A stretch of DNA of 64,000 nt from positions 1 through 64,000 of IMG/VR virus record IMGVR_UViG_3300037067_019204. One strand, written 5' to 3'. A model generated the notes under the pieces. The model was not told where the DNA came from, did not search any database, and saw only the letters and a program-made list of their open reading frames with translations. Position 1 is the first letter of the stretch. Each line of letters opens with the position of its first letter. This DNA is from a virus. Lineage: Duplodnaviria > Caudoviricetes. Of this stretch, positions 62,361-64,000 are shown piece after piece. The position numbers and the translations under genes are program-made.

Positions 62361-63527
62361 ATGATTGAAGTTTCAAATAAAAAAATTCTTGGCTTTGCAG
62401 ATGTACACTTAGGAATAAAAACACATAGTACTCAGCAATCTTCTGGCCTTTTTGATGCAGAAATTGAGGCTCGTATAGCATTAAATGAGATACTAAAACG
62501 TTTTTCGGAAGATGATATAGAAATAGCTATCTGTGCAGGTGATATGTTTCATACGTCTCATCCTACAACTCAAAACAATGAATTTATTACAAGTTGGATT
62601 GAACAGATGGATTTGGTTGGGAAACCTTTTTTAATTATTCCGGGGAATCATTGTGTTAGCACACATTCCCATTCTTTAGAATTTATCTCAGAAATGAAGA
62701 AGTTAGAAAATATTTTTATATATGATGCTTTATCTTATAGAAATATGCCAAAATTTAAATTTTATGATTGGAATATTGTTGTGGTTCCATATATTCAAAA
62801 TTATAATAATAGAGATAAAGATAAATTAACATTTAGTGCTATTAAAGAATCTATAAACAATATACATGATAAAACAATCTTTGTTTCACATATACAAGAA
62901 TCTTCTTGTACTGTTGGTAGTGAATCTACTATGATATCAAAATATGTGGAAACTATAGATTTTAATTCAATTTCTCAAAAAAATATAATAGCCTTAACAG
63001 GGCATATTCATAAGCACCAAATTTATGAAAAAAGAAATGGTACGGTTGTTGTATATCCCGGTTCTTTGTTTTATTTAGACAAAACAGATGCAAATCAAAA
63101 AAAAGGATATGTATTAATAAATAAAGATGGTAAAATTAATTTTGAAGAAATAAAAGGTATAAGAAGGTTTGTATATTATCAAATTCCACCCTTAGTGCAA
63201 CCAATTGAATATCTTAAAAAGATTAGATTTTTAAGAAATCAAGTTGTTTTTCTTTCTGTATCTTTAGATGAAAAAATAGACTCTAATATTATTAGAGAGT
63301 TTTTAAAAATTAAAGGATGCTTACTTGGGAGTATAGAAAACGTTTTTAGTAAAGAACGAAAGTTTAATATTGCAGAAATTTCTTTAGAAAAGAAAAATAA
63401 ATTTTCTGTATTTAAAGATACAGTTCAAATGCTATTAAAAGAAAATAAAATAGATTATGTAGAGGATGTTTTATCAGAAGGAATTTTATTATTAGAAGAG
63501 GTACTTAAAGATGTTGACACAAAGTGA
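62361..63527 (+). CDS. SbcD/Mre11-like nuclease
   Basis: ADVHLG, AGDMFH, PGNH, GHIHK, YPGS. Confidence 0.88.
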   Translation: MIEVSNKKILGFADVHLGIKTHSTQQSSGLFDAEIEARIALNEILKRFSEDDIEIAICAGDMFHTSHPTTQNNEFITSWIEQMDLVGKPFLIIPGNHCVSTHSHSLEFISEMKKLENIFIYDALSYRNMPKFKFYDWNIVVVPYIQNYNNRDKDKLTFSAIKESINNIHDKTIFVSHIQESSCTVGSESTMISKYVETIDFNSISQKNIIALTGHIHKHQIYEKRNGTVVVYPGSLFYLDKTDANQKKGYVLINKDGKINFEEIKGIRRFVYYQIPPLVQPIEYLKKIRFLRNQVVFLSVSLDEKIDSNIIREFLKIKGCLLGSIENVFSKERKFNIAEISLEKKNKFSVFKDTVQMLLKENKIDYVEDVLSEGILLLEEVLKDVDTK

Positions 63528-64000
63528 AGTTAATATAAAATTAATAAAAGCAATAAAAGATAATAATGCACCAGATTTAAGGGGCCTACTTGCAGGTAAT
63601 TATTTAAATATTGGTGATCCACCAGCTGATCCTAACTCAAGAGATTTTGATGGTAAAACAGCATTAATGGTATCTGCTTGTGTAAATACCAGTAGTCCAG
63701 CTCAAATTACAATTACAACATATCTTATTAATAATGGTGCTAACCCAAATTTAATAAATGAATCTGATAGAGGTGCTACAGCTTTAATATATGCTGCAGA
63801 AAATGATAAGTTGTCTATATTAGATGCATTAATTACAGGAGGTGCTAGTTATAAACCAATAACTACAGATAATGGATTTACAGCATTACTATGGGCAGTA
63901 TATAGAAATAATAAAAATGCATCATTGTTTCTTGCTGGTTTAAATGGGTTGAAAAATATTAAAGGTAATGCAAAATGGTTAGATTCTGCAGAAAAAATAC
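63511..64000 (+). CDS. Ankyrin-repeat protein, runs off window
   Basis: Manual translation: DGKTALMVSA, GANPN, RGATALIYAA, NGFTALLWAV. Confidence 0.85.
   Translation, partial: MLTQSEVNIKLIKAIKDNNAPDLRGLLAGNYLNIGDPPADPNSRDFDGKTALMVSACVNTSSPAQITITTYLINNGANPNLINESDRGATALIYAAENDKLSILDALITGGASYKPITTDNGFTALLWAVYRNNKNASLFLAGLNGLKNIKGNAKWLDSAEKI

Noticed and set aside
1-64000. Stop-codon reassignment
   Set aside because: Long conserved genes are intact in the standard code and no suppressor tRNA was seen

Overview
This is an AT-rich segment of a large (jumbo-type) tailed bacteriophage genome in the standard genetic code. Almost all genes lie on the minus strand up to about 60.4 kb, where a repeat-rich, AT-rich divergent intergenic region (candidate replication origin) switches coding to the plus strand (ParB, SbcD/Mre11, ankyrin protein). 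The left ~37 kb is an accessory and RNA-gene region. It holds 22 recognisable tRNA genes (two split by group I introns), two aberrant tRNA-like genes, an unassigned ~190-nt structured RNA, a compact type V-F CRISPR-Cas12f locus (6 repeats, 5 spacers, predicted tracrRNA, no adjacent cas1/cas2), several homing endonucleases, and a Ro60/TROVE gene flanked by six Y-RNA-like genes. The region from 37.5 to 59.8 kb is head morphogenesis: neck, major capsid, decoration, scaffold, protease and an intein-containing portal. Three signals stand out. (1) In the Ro60 operon, compact Y RNAs alternate with full tRNA bodies that carry a permuted Ro-binding helix in place of the anticodon loop. (2) One CRISPR spacer looks like a Y-RNA gene of this same family. 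(3) A leader-peptide/terminator/antiterminator attenuator sits in front of the main tRNA array, and its codons match the downstream anticodons. Together these suggest (inference) a phage system for sensing and countering tRNA/RNA damage that is itself a target in phage-phage conflict. All family calls come from motif recognition by eye; no searches were run.
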